Shown here piece after piece: positions 42,024 to 50,626 of a DNA stretch of 64,000 nt. The stretch comes from a virus. The position numbers and the translations under genes were made by a program. Position 1 is the first letter of the stretch; the number at the start of each line of letters is the position of its first letter. The DNA is taken from positions 14,692-78,691 of the IMG/VR virus record IMGVR_UViG_3300025695_000007. One strand, 5' to 3'. The notes beneath the pieces were generated by a model that ran no database searches, was not told the origin of the DNA, and saw nothing but the letters and a program-made list of their open reading frames with translations.

Positions 42024-42345
42024 CTTCTTTTACCTCTGCTTTTGCAGGCTCAGCCTTGGGTACTTCAATTTTTACAGGCTTTGGCTTTGGTACTTCTATC
42101 TTTGGTTTTTCTATTTTTACTTCTGGTAATTTAGGTTTAGTAGCCATAAGCCAAAGTTCTGGCTCATTTCTTTCTAACATAATAACCATACGAGAGTAAG
42201 AACGAAAAATTCTACGAATGTTTGAAAGTAGAACTGGTTTATCTGCAGCTTCTACATATTCTGCTTGAGAAAGAACTTTTCCTTTTTCAGCAAAAAACAT
42301 GGCTACATCTTGTAGTACTTTCTTGATTTGTGCCTTATTCGACAT
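42007..42345 (-). CDS. Hypothetical protein, Pro/Lys/Glu-rich C-terminus
   Basis: AGGAG RBS before MSNKAQ; position of T5 decoration gene but no recognisable similarity. Confidence 0.65.
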   Translation of the reverse strand: MSNKAQIKKVLQDVAMFFAEKGKVLSQAEYVEAADKPVLLSNIRRIFRSYSRMVIMLERNEPELWLMATKPKLPEVKIEKPKIEVPKPKPVKIEVPKAEPAKAEVKEDGKNI

Positions 42346-43537
42346 CTGTGTCTCCTTCGGTAGGTCTTCCACCCAAATCTGGGTTTGCTGCGCTGCCTGC
42401 AATATTCGCAGGAACTCTTAAATCGCTGTGACCTTCTACGGCTTCAAAACCTAGGTTATCACGAGCTTCATTTGGGGTAATAATTCCTGCGTTTACAAGA
42501 GCAGAATAGTATTGCGCGGAGTCGCGCAGTTCTGGTTGCAATGCTGGAATATTTGTAATATCTTCTGATAGCTCATACCCAAAAAATCTTTCTAAAGCAA
42601 AGTTTAATTTCTTTACTATAGGCAATACGGTTTCTAAATAATACAACCGCATATTCGGACGAAGATTAGCATTATTTCCAGAATCTAGTAAGATTGGAGG
42701 TACGCCAAGTGCTTTTAAAATAGTCTTTTCAGTTTCTTCTGTAGCACTTTGAAAGTCTAACTCTTTAAAGTTTACGTTTGAAATAGAGTCTACTTCAATA
42801 CCACCATCAAGAATAAGAGGTCTACGGCCTCCTGCGTCTGGCTTATAACGTGCTTGCCAAGACATGAGCATACGCTCTTTAATTTTCTCTGAAAGAGTAT
42901 TAGGACTTTTAAGTACGAGTCCTGGAACTGCACCATTCTTAAAGAAGTTATCTTGAAAAGATCTCATGCTCGACATTAACTTCATAGTACGAAGAGCAGG
43001 GCTTAAACGTGGAACTCCTCTATAAATAGAGTAGAACGAATTTTCTTTAACGTGAATAATTTCACTAGGAGAGTAAGTTATTCTCTCGTTAAAAGTAAAC
43101 TTTTCAATGTAAGTAGTATCACTTGCATGAATAATCATCTTATCTGCTGGAAGATGATACAAGTGTACTCCATCAAAATAAATAAAGATATTTCCGTCAA
43201 GGATTAAATCAATAATACAGTTTCTACGAAAAGTATTTATATCCTGAAAAGGATTAGGCTCAGTATTGAGAAGAAGATCTACTCTACTGCGCTTTATACC
43301 TTTCTGTACGGCAGTGCCCTTTGTAGGCATTCCAACGATGGTATTAATTTCGGCAGCATCATCTACAATCATGTTGACGCCACGATTAACAATTTCTAAT
43401 TCTTCGTAGGCACGCTCGTATGAATAAGTTGGCTCTCTAGTAGGCTCAATTTTATTATCGTAGTATGGTTGCGCAGGATTCAGTTTTTCTTCCAAATCTT
43501 CAGGCTTTCTACCTAGTAATGTATCATACCACGCCAT
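42335..43537 (-). CDS. Portal protein (HK97 family)
   Basis: DLILDGN, FFKNGAVPG, LGVPPILL, ITPNEAR. Confidence 0.94.
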   Translation of the reverse strand: MAWYDTLLGRKPEDLEEKLNPAQPYYDNKIEPTREPTYSYERAYEELEIVNRGVNMIVDDAAEINTIVGMPTKGTAVQKGIKRSRVDLLLNTEPNPFQDINTFRRNCIIDLILDGNIFIYFDGVHLYHLPADKMIIHASDTTYIEKFTFNERITYSPSEIIHVKENSFYSIYRGVPRLSPALRTMKLMSSMRSFQDNFFKNGAVPGLVLKSPNTLSEKIKERMLMSWQARYKPDAGGRRPLILDGGIEVDSISNVNFKELDFQSATEETEKTILKALGVPPILLDSGNNANLRPNMRLYYLETVLPIVKKLNFALERFFGYELSEDITNIPALQPELRDSAQYYSALVNAGIITPNEARDNLGFEAVEGHSDLRVPANIAGSAANPDLGGRPTEGDTDVE

Positions 43538-43907
43538 GTTTAGTTCTCTGTATTTCTACCCAGTTCTCTTGCTTTTTAGCTGTAGCTAGAGAAGGATCTT
43601 TGCCATAAATAGAGTGTAGCTGTAGATGATGTGCATGGCATAAAGTTACTGTATAGTCATATAACTCTGCGTGCTTTTCTTCTATAAACTCATCTCTCCA
43701 TACGACAATGTATTCGTCAGTATAGTGATCAGGGCGTGTAGCCTGTTTTTCTTTCAACCACTCAGAGAGTAGAGGACTTAAACTGTAAAAATGATGAAAG
43801 TCTAGTTTCTCTGTACTTTCACAAATGTAGCAAGCCCCTGCTTTTTGGTATTGGGACTTTGCTTTGTCCCGAATATACTTAACTCTGTCTCTTTTTAGCT
43901 GTGCCAT
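43524..43907 (-). CDS. HNH endonuclease (T5 nicking/packaging-type)
   Basis: CYIC...FHH...TLCHAHH...LH; between TerL and portal as in T5. Confidence 0.82.
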   Translation of the reverse strand: MAQLKRDRVKYIRDKAKSQYQKAGACYICESTEKLDFHHFYSLSPLLSEWLKEKQATRPDHYTDEYIVVWRDEFIEEKHAELYDYTVTLCHAHHLQLHSIYGKDPSLATAKKQENWVEIQRTKHGVV

Positions 43908-43935
43908 GTGGTTTCTTTTCTACTTTGATAACGAA

Positions 43936-43964
43936 ATTATAGCTAACTTGAGGTTTGTTGTCAA
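43936..43964 (-). promoter_or_regulatory. Sigma70 promoter for head operon
   Basis: TTGACA-17-TATAAT. Confidence 0.85.
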
Positions 43965-43987
43965 ACACTATTTTTAACCATGTCCTA

Positions 43988-45292
43988 TTAGAATGTGGTC
44001 TGCGAAGTTTCAAACGAGTACAAAGCATATCGAAGAGCATCTGCCATATGCGATGCTTTGTTATGCTTGGGCTTCTCCTTTAATAGATTAGGGTTTGGGT
44101 CCCATTGGTATTGGTCTAAGCAAGATAAAGTCTCGAAACACCTCTGATCTACAATAAGATTATTATTATCAACTATTGCTGCTACATGACCTATACCATC
44201 AATAATGGACTTCTTTGCATTTATTGTACTAATATCATAATTCTGCGCAAAGTCAAATCGAGTTTGAGCAGCCGCAGAATCTATGTAAATAAAGTCTATA
44301 TCATACTTATTTATAGCATCTCTAATTTCTTCTGCATGTTTCTCTGTAGTTTTTTCAGAGTCGTAGTACTCTCCGAGTACATAATATTTTCCAGTATCCC
44401 AGTCATATGCTATTACACAAAAAGCGGTAGGATCTCTAAAGCCTACGTCTAACCCTGCGAATATATCCATACCAGTAGTGTCTAATTCTGATAAATCTGC
44501 AACACATTCTTCAGCATTAAAGTTCCAAATTTGTCCTTCATAAGTATTAAAATCCGCTTCGTATTCTTGCTTAAACTCTGACTCGCTCATAGACTTCTTG
44601 GCTTCGTCTACATCATGTTGACTCATGCGAGGATTATCTTTGTAGGTTGCTTTTATACTTATCCATTCAGGAAACTCAGCAGAGAATCCTCTGTCAAAAA
44701 ATTTTGCAAACCAGTTATTCTTTCCTCGTGGAGTAGAAATAAAAATTGCTTTTGAATTATCTTTATCGAGTGTGGGGCGCAAAGAAACATTAAAAGCTTC
44801 CTCTCCGTCTGTAAGTGCCGCCTCATCAAAGATAATTAGATCGTAAGAACGCCCTACAGAAGAGTCTACCTGATTTACAGAACCCATTCGTACCGTAGAA
44901 CCATTTGATATTTCTATAACTTTATCCTTTGCATTATCCCTTGTAACTTCGAGATCGAAGTGCTTAATAAGTGTTCTTTGCAGATCAAAGGAGATTTGAG
45001 AGAGGGAGTAGTTAGGGGACATGATAAGTATATTTGATTTTGGAACAAGTGAAACTAGTTGCCCTATAATATTTGCAATATAGGTTTTTCCCTGCCGTCT
45101 GGAGAGTGCTGCTGTCACAAAGCGATATTTTGGATTATTTATAGCATTTATAAGTGCTATTTGAGAGGGCAAAGGGTCGATTCCTAATAAATCCAGATAA
45201 GGATCAATAGGTAGTTTTAGAAATCGAGACCCTGAGTCTAGTTCTTGTATCTTTGTATATGGAACATCTACCCTACTAACTTGTACTGCCAT
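43988..45292 (-). CDS. terL: Terminase large subunit
   Basis: SRRQGKT, IIFDEA, ISTPRG, GLDVGFRD, HMADALRY. Confidence 0.96.
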   Translation of the reverse strand: MAVQVSRVDVPYTKIQELDSGSRFLKLPIDPYLDLLGIDPLPSQIALINAINNPKYRFVTAALSRRQGKTYIANIIGQLVSLVPKSNILIMSPNYSLSQISFDLQRTLIKHFDLEVTRDNAKDKVIEISNGSTVRMGSVNQVDSSVGRSYDLIIFDEAALTDGEEAFNVSLRPTLDKDNSKAIFISTPRGKNNWFAKFFDRGFSAEFPEWISIKATYKDNPRMSQHDVDEAKKSMSESEFKQEYEADFNTYEGQIWNFNAEECVADLSELDTTGMDIFAGLDVGFRDPTAFCVIAYDWDTGKYYVLGEYYDSEKTTEKHAEEIRDAINKYDIDFIYIDSAAAQTRFDFAQNYDISTINAKKSIIDGIGHVAAIVDNNNLIVDQRCFETLSCLDQYQWDPNPNLLKEKPKHNKASHMADALRYALYSFETSQTTF

Positions 45293-45633
45293 TATTCTTT
45301 TTTTCCACTATTTGCGTATAAACCAAACCAAGCAGCTCCTGCTCCTACAATTACTGAAATTAGACCTGCTTGTTCCATGGTAGGGGCTTCTAAAGCCATA
45401 AACCATTTTGAACTTGAATAGAGTAAATAAATATAAGTAGTAATAAATATTCTTGGAAAGATACGCCAAGCATCTATTGCAACTGCCAAGTCTTTTATTT
45501 TTTGGTATCGAGCTTCCGGTGGGGGAGCTTCTGGAGCCGCTGCTGCTGCATCTTCAAGTTCATCAATACGATCTAGTAGAGCGTTGTATTTATCTAAGTC
45601 TACTTGTACTTCATTTCGAGTATTATCTTCCAT
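45292..45633 (-). CDS. Two-TM membrane protein (holin-like?)
   Basis: DAWRIFPR followed by two hydrophobic helices. Confidence 0.6.
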   Translation of the reverse strand: MEDNTRNEVQVDLDKYNALLDRIDELEDAAAAAPEAPPPEARYQKIKDLAVAIDAWRIFPRIFITTYIYLLYSSSKWFMALEAPTMEQAGLISVIVGAGAAWFGLYANSGKKE

Positions 45634-45645
45634 TTAGTTTTCCAA

Positions 45646-46341
45646 TTATACCGGATCTAGTATTAGATCGAATGACCCCGTTGCGGGAAAGTTATTTCCA
45701 GTAGTTGTTGCTCGGAAATCTATATCCATCTTCGGAGGAAGATAGAAAGGAACAGAGTAAGTTTGAGTAAAAGTTGTTTCGTATAACTCAAGCTGTGCAC
45801 GTATTCGGAAAGTTCCTCCAAAGTCACGAGTATATAATTTAAACTCAGCGTCCCCTCCTTTACCAATACCTGCGGTAAACTGGGTTCCGTAAGCACGAGT
45901 ATTCGCAGGCACGGTGTATACACACATAAGAGTTTGACTATCTCCTATTTTTATATGCCCTACGACAGTGCCTGTACCTGAAACTGTACGAGCAGTAATG
46001 GTTCCTACATTTGCTGCATCATCGCTATAAATCATACGATATATACGCTTAAAAGTATTTTGAGTAGGAACAGCTGTAAGTCCTGTCATTGTTACAGTTT
46101 CTTGTTGCAGAACATAATCTGCATCAAGACCATAAACCGTCAGAGACCCCGTATCGGAGGCAGAAGTACTAATAAGGTATAAAGTTTGGGGATTATCAAG
46201 TGCAGACCATGGGTACGCTCCGCCTTGTGTCCAAAGGGTTTGAGTGCCTGAAACAAGATTTGGATTTGCTCCAAATTTGTGTTCAAAAACGTAGTCTCGT
46301 TCTGCGCCTCTAGCAATGTCTAATCCGTATGCTCCAATCAT
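45646..46341 (-). CDS. Hypothetical (probably virion-associated) protein
   Basis: TAATG-coupled start MIGAY; IARG...KFGANP, YTVPA motifs. Confidence 0.65.
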   Translation of the reverse strand: MIGAYGLDIARGAERDYVFEHKFGANPNLVSGTQTLWTQGGAYPWSALDNPQTLYLISTSASDTGSLTVYGLDADYVLQQETVTMTGLTAVPTQNTFKRIYRMIYSDDAANVGTITARTVSGTGTVVGHIKIGDSQTLMCVYTVPANTRAYGTQFTAGIGKGGDAEFKLYTRDFGGTFRIRAQLELYETTFTQTYSVPFYLPPKMDIDFRATTTGNNFPATGSFDLILDPV

Positions 46342-46643
46342 TACCATTTTACCTTATCGGCCCAATAAGCTGCGCTCATTTTGCCCTTTGCAATATTCTT
46401 TGCATGACGAGCCTTAAACGAGGCGCGCTTCTTTTTCATTGCAGCAGACTCACCAGCTTTAGGCTTGCCCGCAGTCTTTGCGCCTTGCTGACCGAAACGA
46501 ATAGTCTTTACTTTTGTTCCCACTTTTGCTACTACGATGTGAGACTTCTTAGGATGGCCAGGAGTTCTACGAGGTTTATTGTAGCCTGATACCTTAGCTC
46601 TTTTAAGTCTGGAGTCTTTCTTTTTACCTTTTCTTACCGCCAC
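46341..46643 (-). CDS. Highly basic small protein
   Basis: IRFGQQG...FKARH...AAYWA; Lys/Arg-rich; start uncertain. Confidence 0.72.
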   Translation of the reverse strand: MAVRKGKKKDSRLKRAKVSGYNKPRRTPGHPKKSHIVVAKVGTKVKTIRFGQQGAKTAGKPKAGESAAMKKKRASFKARHAKNIAKGKMSAAYWADKVKW

Positions 46644-46905
46644 GTCGTTGTCTCTTACGAGCATATGTTTTCACATAAGTCGGCTTGCCTCCAGGATTCC
46701 CTGCTGCACGCTTTCTTCGAATAGCGGAGCGTTTTTGTGCTGGAGTCATTTTTGCTGCTTTGGCAGCTGGAACGCATTTAGGGTATTTTCCTTTTTTTGC
46801 CTTACTACGACCGCAGGGCTGATATCCCCCGCCTTTTTTCGGACGAGAAATATCTACCCATTTTTCTTTAAACCACTTAGTAAGACCACCTCTAGGCTTA
46901 GCCAT
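46624..46905 (-). CDS. Highly basic small protein (DUF5872-like)
   Basis: GLTKWFKEKWVD...CGR...YPKCVP. Confidence 0.72.
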   Translation of the reverse strand: MAKPRGGLTKWFKEKWVDISRPKKGGGYQPCGRSKAKKGKYPKCVPAAKAAKMTPAQKRSAIRRKRAAGNPGGKPTYVKTYARKRQRRGGKKR

Positions 46906-46970
46906 TACTTTTTACGCTTTTTCTTTGGCTTGGGCGTATAAGGCCCTCCACTACAACTAGGTCCGTGCAT
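46905..46970 (-). CDS. 21-aa basic peptide MHGPSCSGGPYTPKPKKKRKK
   Basis: Exactly fills the gap with TAATG overlaps at both ends; not in track. Confidence 0.65.
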   Translation of the reverse strand: MHGPSCSGGPYTPKPKKKRKK

Positions 46971-47155
46971 TACTTACTCCCCATGCGGTATCTACCGCCT
47001 CGTGCCTTGTAAGTCTTTACAAGCCACCCGTTTGCATAAGCTGAAGGATATACTTTAAACTTACGCTTTGCTTCGGACTTTACTTTCGCATAAAGCCGTT
47101 TATTTGTAGGTACGGGTTTTTTCTTTGTTACTTTTCGTCGCTTTTTGACAGCCAT
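46970..47155 (-). CDS. Highly basic small protein
   Basis: PTNKRLY...YPSAYANGWLVKTYKARGGRY. Confidence 0.72.
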   Translation of the reverse strand: MAVKKRRKVTKKKPVPTNKRLYAKVKSEAKRKFKVYPSAYANGWLVKTYKARGGRYRMGSK

Positions 47156-47352
47156 TGCTCTAGCTCTGCCTTTTCGATAACACCATCATCGTCTAGGTCT
47201 GCATCCAAGATGCTTTCTTCAACTACGGCTCCAGCTAGACGTACTTTGATACCCGCAGCATCTTTAGCTTCCTGCTCGTTATTGTAGATTCCTACTACTT
47301 TTCCGCTTTCTTCGACAATCCACATGTCTCGCTTTTGTCTGATTGTTCGCAT
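47128..47352 (-). CDS. Small acidic hypothetical protein with EF-hand-like loop
   Basis: Start MRTIRQ after AGGAG; DLDDDGVIEKAE. Confidence 0.6.
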   Translation of the reverse strand: MRTIRQKRDMWIVEESGKVVGIYNNEQEAKDAAGIKVRLAGAVVEESILDADLDDDGVIEKAELEQWLSKSDEK

Positions 47353-47471
47353 TCTTCCTTCTCCTTTTTGGAACCGAATATCAAGTCCCAACCTGTTGCA
47401 TAAGCGTTATCGTCTCGTCCTTTTCTTGGCTTGCTTCCTTTTCCCGCTTCGCTTTTTGGGTTTCCAGCCAT
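47295..47471 (-). CDS. 58-aa protein (MAGNPKSEAGKGSKPRK...WDLIFG...)
   Basis: AGGAG-7nt-ATG; overlaps both neighbours; not in track. Confidence 0.65.
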   Translation of the reverse strand: MAGNPKSEAGKGSKPRKGRDDNAYATGWDLIFGSKKEKEECEQSDKSETCGLSKKAEK

Positions 47472-47595
47472 GTTCTACTCCTTGTAGTAATTTTACCATC
47501 TTTCTAGCAGAGGTCTTACTTTTTGCCTTTGCTTTCTTTTTAAGTTTCTTGCCGCTCTTCTTGTAGACTGTTGTTCCTTTAATCGTATAAGGCAT
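47407..47595 (-). CDS. Highly basic small protein
   Basis: Extremely Lys/Arg-rich; LLQGVEHGWKP. Confidence 0.68.
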   Translation of the reverse strand: MPYTIKGTTVYKKSGKKLKKKAKAKSKTSARKMVKLLQGVEHGWKPKKRSGKRKQAKKRTRR

Positions 47596-47962
47596 GATAA
47601 AATCTGTGTGAGCCTACGGCAACATAACTGCTACCTGCCCATCTTGGCCGTACGTAGTGCGCATGGTACCAAAGAGCTCCTGAAGTAGGGTCTTCGTACT
47701 TTGAGTAAACCATCGCAACGTAAATTGCTTGTTTCCAAGCAGCCAAATCTTTAGGATTATCTGACTTACCGTCACAGTACCACGAAAATTGACATCGATG
47801 TCGCTGTTCTCCTCCATCTTTCACAACTCCACAATAGGAGTTCGGAAAGAGGGACGATTCGACACGATTCTCAACTACGTGAGCAACTGCAAGTTGAGAT
47901 AAGAAATCCTCGCTTCTGGCCTCGAAGTAAATATTCAAGGCCATACACATGAGAACTGTCAC
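47579..47962 (-). CDS. Cell wall hydrolase SleB-like (Hydrolase_2)
   Basis: IYFEARSE, VVENRV, CQFSWYCDGK, GALWYHA, GSHRFY. Confidence 0.93.
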   Translation of the reverse strand: MTVLMCMALNIYFEARSEDFLSQLAVAHVVENRVESSLFPNSYCGVVKDGGEQRHRCQFSWYCDGKSDNPKDLAAWKQAIYVAMVYSKYEDPTSGALWYHAHYVRPRWAGSSYVAVGSHRFYHALYD

Positions 47963-48171
47963 CTCGCAAATACAGTAACGACAAGGCCTGCTAGAAAGAC
48001 AATAACTGCACCACCAACGGCTACAATTCGTCCTTCTATGCGCTCAACAGCCTTTTCGATATCGCCAAGACGCTGAAAGTTTGTCTTCCAACGTTCTTCG
48101 CACTGTACCTCATGCCGATCTAATTGATTCTCGAGCGTATGTATTCGCTCTTCAACTCTATCCTCCACCAT
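47959..48171 (-). CDS. Coiled-coil protein with C-terminal TM (possible lysis accessory)
   Basis: HEVQCEERW coiled coil plus hydrophobic tail. Confidence 0.6.
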   Translation of the reverse strand: MVEDRVEERIHTLENQLDRHEVQCEERWKTNFQRLGDIEKAVERIEGRIVAVGGAVIVFLAGLVVTVFAR

Positions 48172-48619
48172 TGAGTAATTTCTCCATCAACTTTCCATAG
48201 TTTCCTTGACCAAAAGGTATAGCTTCATTAATTTGAACATTTGTCTGGTTCTTGATTGAGGCGGAAGAAGCTTTCTCAAGCTCTACTTGTGCCTTAATCT
48301 CGTCCATACGCATTTTATGAGCCATCTGTAGTAGGTCTGCTAAATCTTTCTTAGAATAGATTCCTGTTTCAGTTGCTTCTTCAAGTTTTGAAGCTATTAT
48401 ATCGTCCATAACCGAAGCAATATTCCCTCGGTTGCGATATCCCATATCAAGGTACACGGTGTCAATGTACTGCTTTACTTCTCTTTTGTTCAGGGTAGAC
48501 ACAACCGTATCTTCAGCAATGCTAAGATAGTTGCATACTTCACGAATATTTCCGTATTGTAAATACAGATTCGCTATTTCAATCCCTTCTGGAGATATTG
48601 TTGTTAATTCTTTTGCCAT
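48158..48619 (-). CDS. Terminase small subunit (T5-like)
   Basis: ISPEG...ANLYL, GYRNR, KLEE, NYGKLM; ATG at 48619. Confidence 0.8.
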   Translation of the reverse strand: MAKELTTISPEGIEIANLYLQYGNIREVCNYLSIAEDTVVSTLNKREVKQYIDTVYLDMGYRNRGNIASVMDDIIASKLEEATETGIYSKKDLADLLQMAHKMRMDEIKAQVELEKASSASIKNQTNVQINEAIPFGQGNYGKLMEKLLNGGG

Positions 48620-48625
48620 TTTTGA

Positions 48626-48654
48626 ATTATACTGCATGACACAATTAAAGTCAA
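48626..48654 (-). promoter_or_regulatory. Sigma70 promoter, probably leaderless TerS mRNA
   Basis: TTGACT-17-TATAAT, ATG 6 nt after -10. Confidence 0.8.
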
Positions 48655-48665
48655 GAAATTTTTTT

Positions 48666-49259
48666 CTATCCCCACTGTAAAGCCATTGCTGCTGCGATTC
48701 CAAAATAGGTAACGGAACGTTCGTGCCCAGAACCTCCGCCAAGTCGCGATTGCCCACTATCGGACTGATTTGCCCAACGAGGCTTACCGTCCACCCAGCG
48801 GGGTTCGACATATTCGCTAGGAACTAGGGCAGGTAAGTTTCGAAGCCACAAACCTGTCTTCTTTGAAGCATCTTCTCCAAAATCATAGGGTTGTACATAT
48901 TGAGGCTTGGGCATAAAATCAAGTCGAGTACTAATACATCCTACAGGATTCTCGATGCACATATGTTTTACAGGAGCTTTCCACAACTTTTCGATAAATT
49001 TTAAACTTTCCTCGGTTTTGAGAGCGCGCTCTGGTTGTCGCTTGTTCCAATGTAGTCCCGAGGCCGCTAGATAGGTACAGGGTGGATGTAAAATTGCCAT
49101 ATCCCACGAATTTTCATACAAAACTTTTACCACATCGTCGACAATATGAGGGCCGGGAGCTTCTGTTGGTAGTAAGTCGCACGAGATGGCCTCATGACCC
49201 ATTGCCAAGAAGCAGTCACGAACAACGCCGGAAAATTCACACCCAATTAATATTTTCAT
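48666..49259 (-). CDS. Short DNA cytosine-C5 methyltransferase-like protein
   Basis: CEFSG, SCDL, HPPCT, IENP, KKTGLW; ATG at 49259. Confidence 0.82.
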   Translation of the reverse strand: MKILIGCEFSGVVRDCFLAMGHEAISCDLLPTEAPGPHIVDDVVKVLYENSWDMAILHPPCTYLAASGLHWNKRQPERALKTEESLKFIEKLWKAPVKHMCIENPVGCISTRLDFMPKPQYVQPYDFGEDASKKTGLWLRNLPALVPSEYVEPRWVDGKPRWANQSDSGQSRLGGGSGHERSVTYFGIAAAMALQWG

Positions 49260-49265
49260 ACAAGT

Positions 49266-49294
49266 ATTATACTTCAATTTTTTGAAATTGTCAA
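49266..49294 (-). promoter_or_regulatory. Sigma70 promoter, probably leaderless methyltransferase mRNA
   Basis: TTGACA-17-TATAAT, ATG 6 nt after -10. Confidence 0.82.
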
Positions 49295-49390
49295 GAATTT
49301 TTTGCAATCGTCGTTTCCCCGCTACTTCGCGTGAAAAAGCGATTTTTGAAAATTTATAAAGTTGTACGTGTGGGGGAGCGCCTGGTCGCC

Positions 49391-49411
49391 AAATGAGAAT
49401 GAGTCTCATTA
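49391..49411. promoter_or_regulatory. Fur-box-like palindrome 1
   Basis: AAATGAGAATGAGTCTCATTA. Confidence 0.6.
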
Positions 49412-49494
49412 CCGCCCCCTCCTGGCATTTCATGTGACTTGCGGAACGATCGTTTTTTTAAGCGAAATTTAGATTTACTATCGAATTTTTTCAT

Positions 49495-49600
49495 TACACT
49501 TTTTTGCTCAATTTGCTACTATTACCTGGCTAGACAAGAGAGCGGGCAGGCAAAATTGATACAAAATAATACTTGCATTTTCCGCTCAATTTGCTAGAAT
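49495..49600 (+). promoter_or_regulatory. Tandem pre-early-type promoters
   Basis: TTACAC..TACTAT and TTGCAT..TGcTAGAAT, sharing repeat GCTCAATTTGCTA (49506, 49584). Confidence 0.6.
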
Positions 49601-49637
49601 GTACTCACTGACTAGGCGAGAGCCTCTCACTAAACCT

Positions 49638-49658
49638 AAATGATAATGATTCTTATTT
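49638..49658. promoter_or_regulatory. Fur-box-like palindrome 2, abutting RBS
   Basis: AAATGATAATGATTCTTATTT immediately before GGAG (49659-62). Confidence 0.65.
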
Positions 49659-49668
49659 GGAGAATACT

Positions 49669-49986
49669 ATGACAGTTTACACAAAAGAAATGCTTGGCGC
49701 TATGGTCAAAGCCTCTCCTCTCAATCTTGAAATTGCGAAAGACTTTGCTGCTACTTTTACAGAGCAAACTAAAAGCAAGGTTTCTGTCCAATCGGTTATC
49801 GCCAAGGCGAAAGCGGAAGGCATAGAATATATTGCGAAAGCACCCGCTGCAAAGCGAGCGAAAGGCGCGACCAAGACTCAATTGGTCGATGCTATCGCAA
49901 AAAAGACCAACGCCAAGTTGAGCGGACTCGAGAAGGCTACCGCACAGAGCTTGGCGAACTTGCTAGACTCACTTACTGGCTCTTAG
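49669..49986 (+). CDS. T5 A2/D3-family DNA-binding protein (105 aa)
   Basis: YT.E...SVQSVIAK...Y...TKTQLV..IA...GLEKA pattern shared with 54235-54555. Confidence 0.72.
   Translation: MTVYTKEMLGAMVKASPLNLEIAKDFAATFTEQTKSKVSVQSVIAKAKAEGIEYIAKAPAAKRAKGATKTQLVDAIAKKTNAKLSGLEKATAQSLANLLDSLTGS
49899..49956 (+). other. Probable programmed -1 frameshift signal (A_AAA_AAG + hairpin)
   Basis: In-phase heptamer 49899-49905, 5-nt spacer, stem CGCCAAGTT(49911-19)/AGCTTGGCG(49948-56). Confidence 0.68.
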
Positions 49987-50156
49987 ATTGGATTGGTACG
50001 GCTGCCTTAGCAGTCGCACCATTTATCATCGATTCACCCGAAGGAAAAACGTTAGCAGCGGTAGGGTTGAGCCTTCTCACACTACAAGCGATTCGCACTA
50101 GGACTTACAATCTCATCGCGCTGAATATTATTGGAATTATAGGTTATTTATCATGA
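49905..50156 (+). CDS. Start-less membrane ORF (about 3 hydrophobic segments) in -1 frame
   Basis: ...LTYWLLDWIGTAALAVAPFIIDSPEGKTLAAVGLSLLTLQAIRTRTYNLIALNIIGIIGYLS*; ATGA overlap with next gene. Confidence 0.7.
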   Translation, partial: DQRQVERTREGYRTELGELARLTYWLLDWIGTAALAVAPFIIDSPEGKTLAAVGLSLLTLQAIRTRTYNLIALNIIGIIGYLS

Positions 50157-50626
50157 TTATTTTCGACTTAGATCACACTGTTATCGACTCATCTCACCGC
50201 GCTGTCACGCGAGCAGATGGGACGCTTGATCTCGATGCATGGCGAGCTTGCTCGACTTGGGAATATATTTGCAGGGATTCGCTGCTACCGATTGCACAGC
50301 TATGGCGCTCAGCTATGAGACGAGGCGAGCATATTATTATATGTACAGCTCGCGTTATGACCGCTGCTGATTTTCTTTTTCTCGAAGCGTACGGCTTGCA
50401 ATTTAACGCTTGCCTCTCACGCGATGGCGAGAGAGACACTCGAGCAGATTGGGCATTGAAGCGCGACTTGCTCACTGATTATGCCCAATCCCTTGGCTTA
50501 TCATGGCGACGATTCGCTGCCGATTGCGTGGCATACGATGACAATAAAGCGATTCTCGATTATTACACTCATGCAGGGATTCTCGCGCATGATGCAATCG
50601 AACTCAATAAGAGGTTGGCACAATGA
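50153..50626 (+). CDS. HAD-superfamily phosphatase (PNKP phosphatase-like)
   Basis: IFDLDHT, ICTAR, K, AYDDN. Confidence 0.85.
   Translation: MIIFDLDHTVIDSSHRAVTRADGTLDLDAWRACSTWEYICRDSLLPIAQLWRSAMRRGEHIIICTARVMTAADFLFLEAYGLQFNACLSRDGERDTRADWALKRDLLTDYAQSLGLSWRRFAADCVAYDDNKAILDYYTHAGILAHDAIELNKRLAQ

Noticed and set aside
49260-49433. Upstream extension of the methyltransferase (and similar extensions of TerS, 42007 and 56899 ORFs)
   Set aside because: They run through promoters or neighbouring genes, and homology motifs begin at the later ATG
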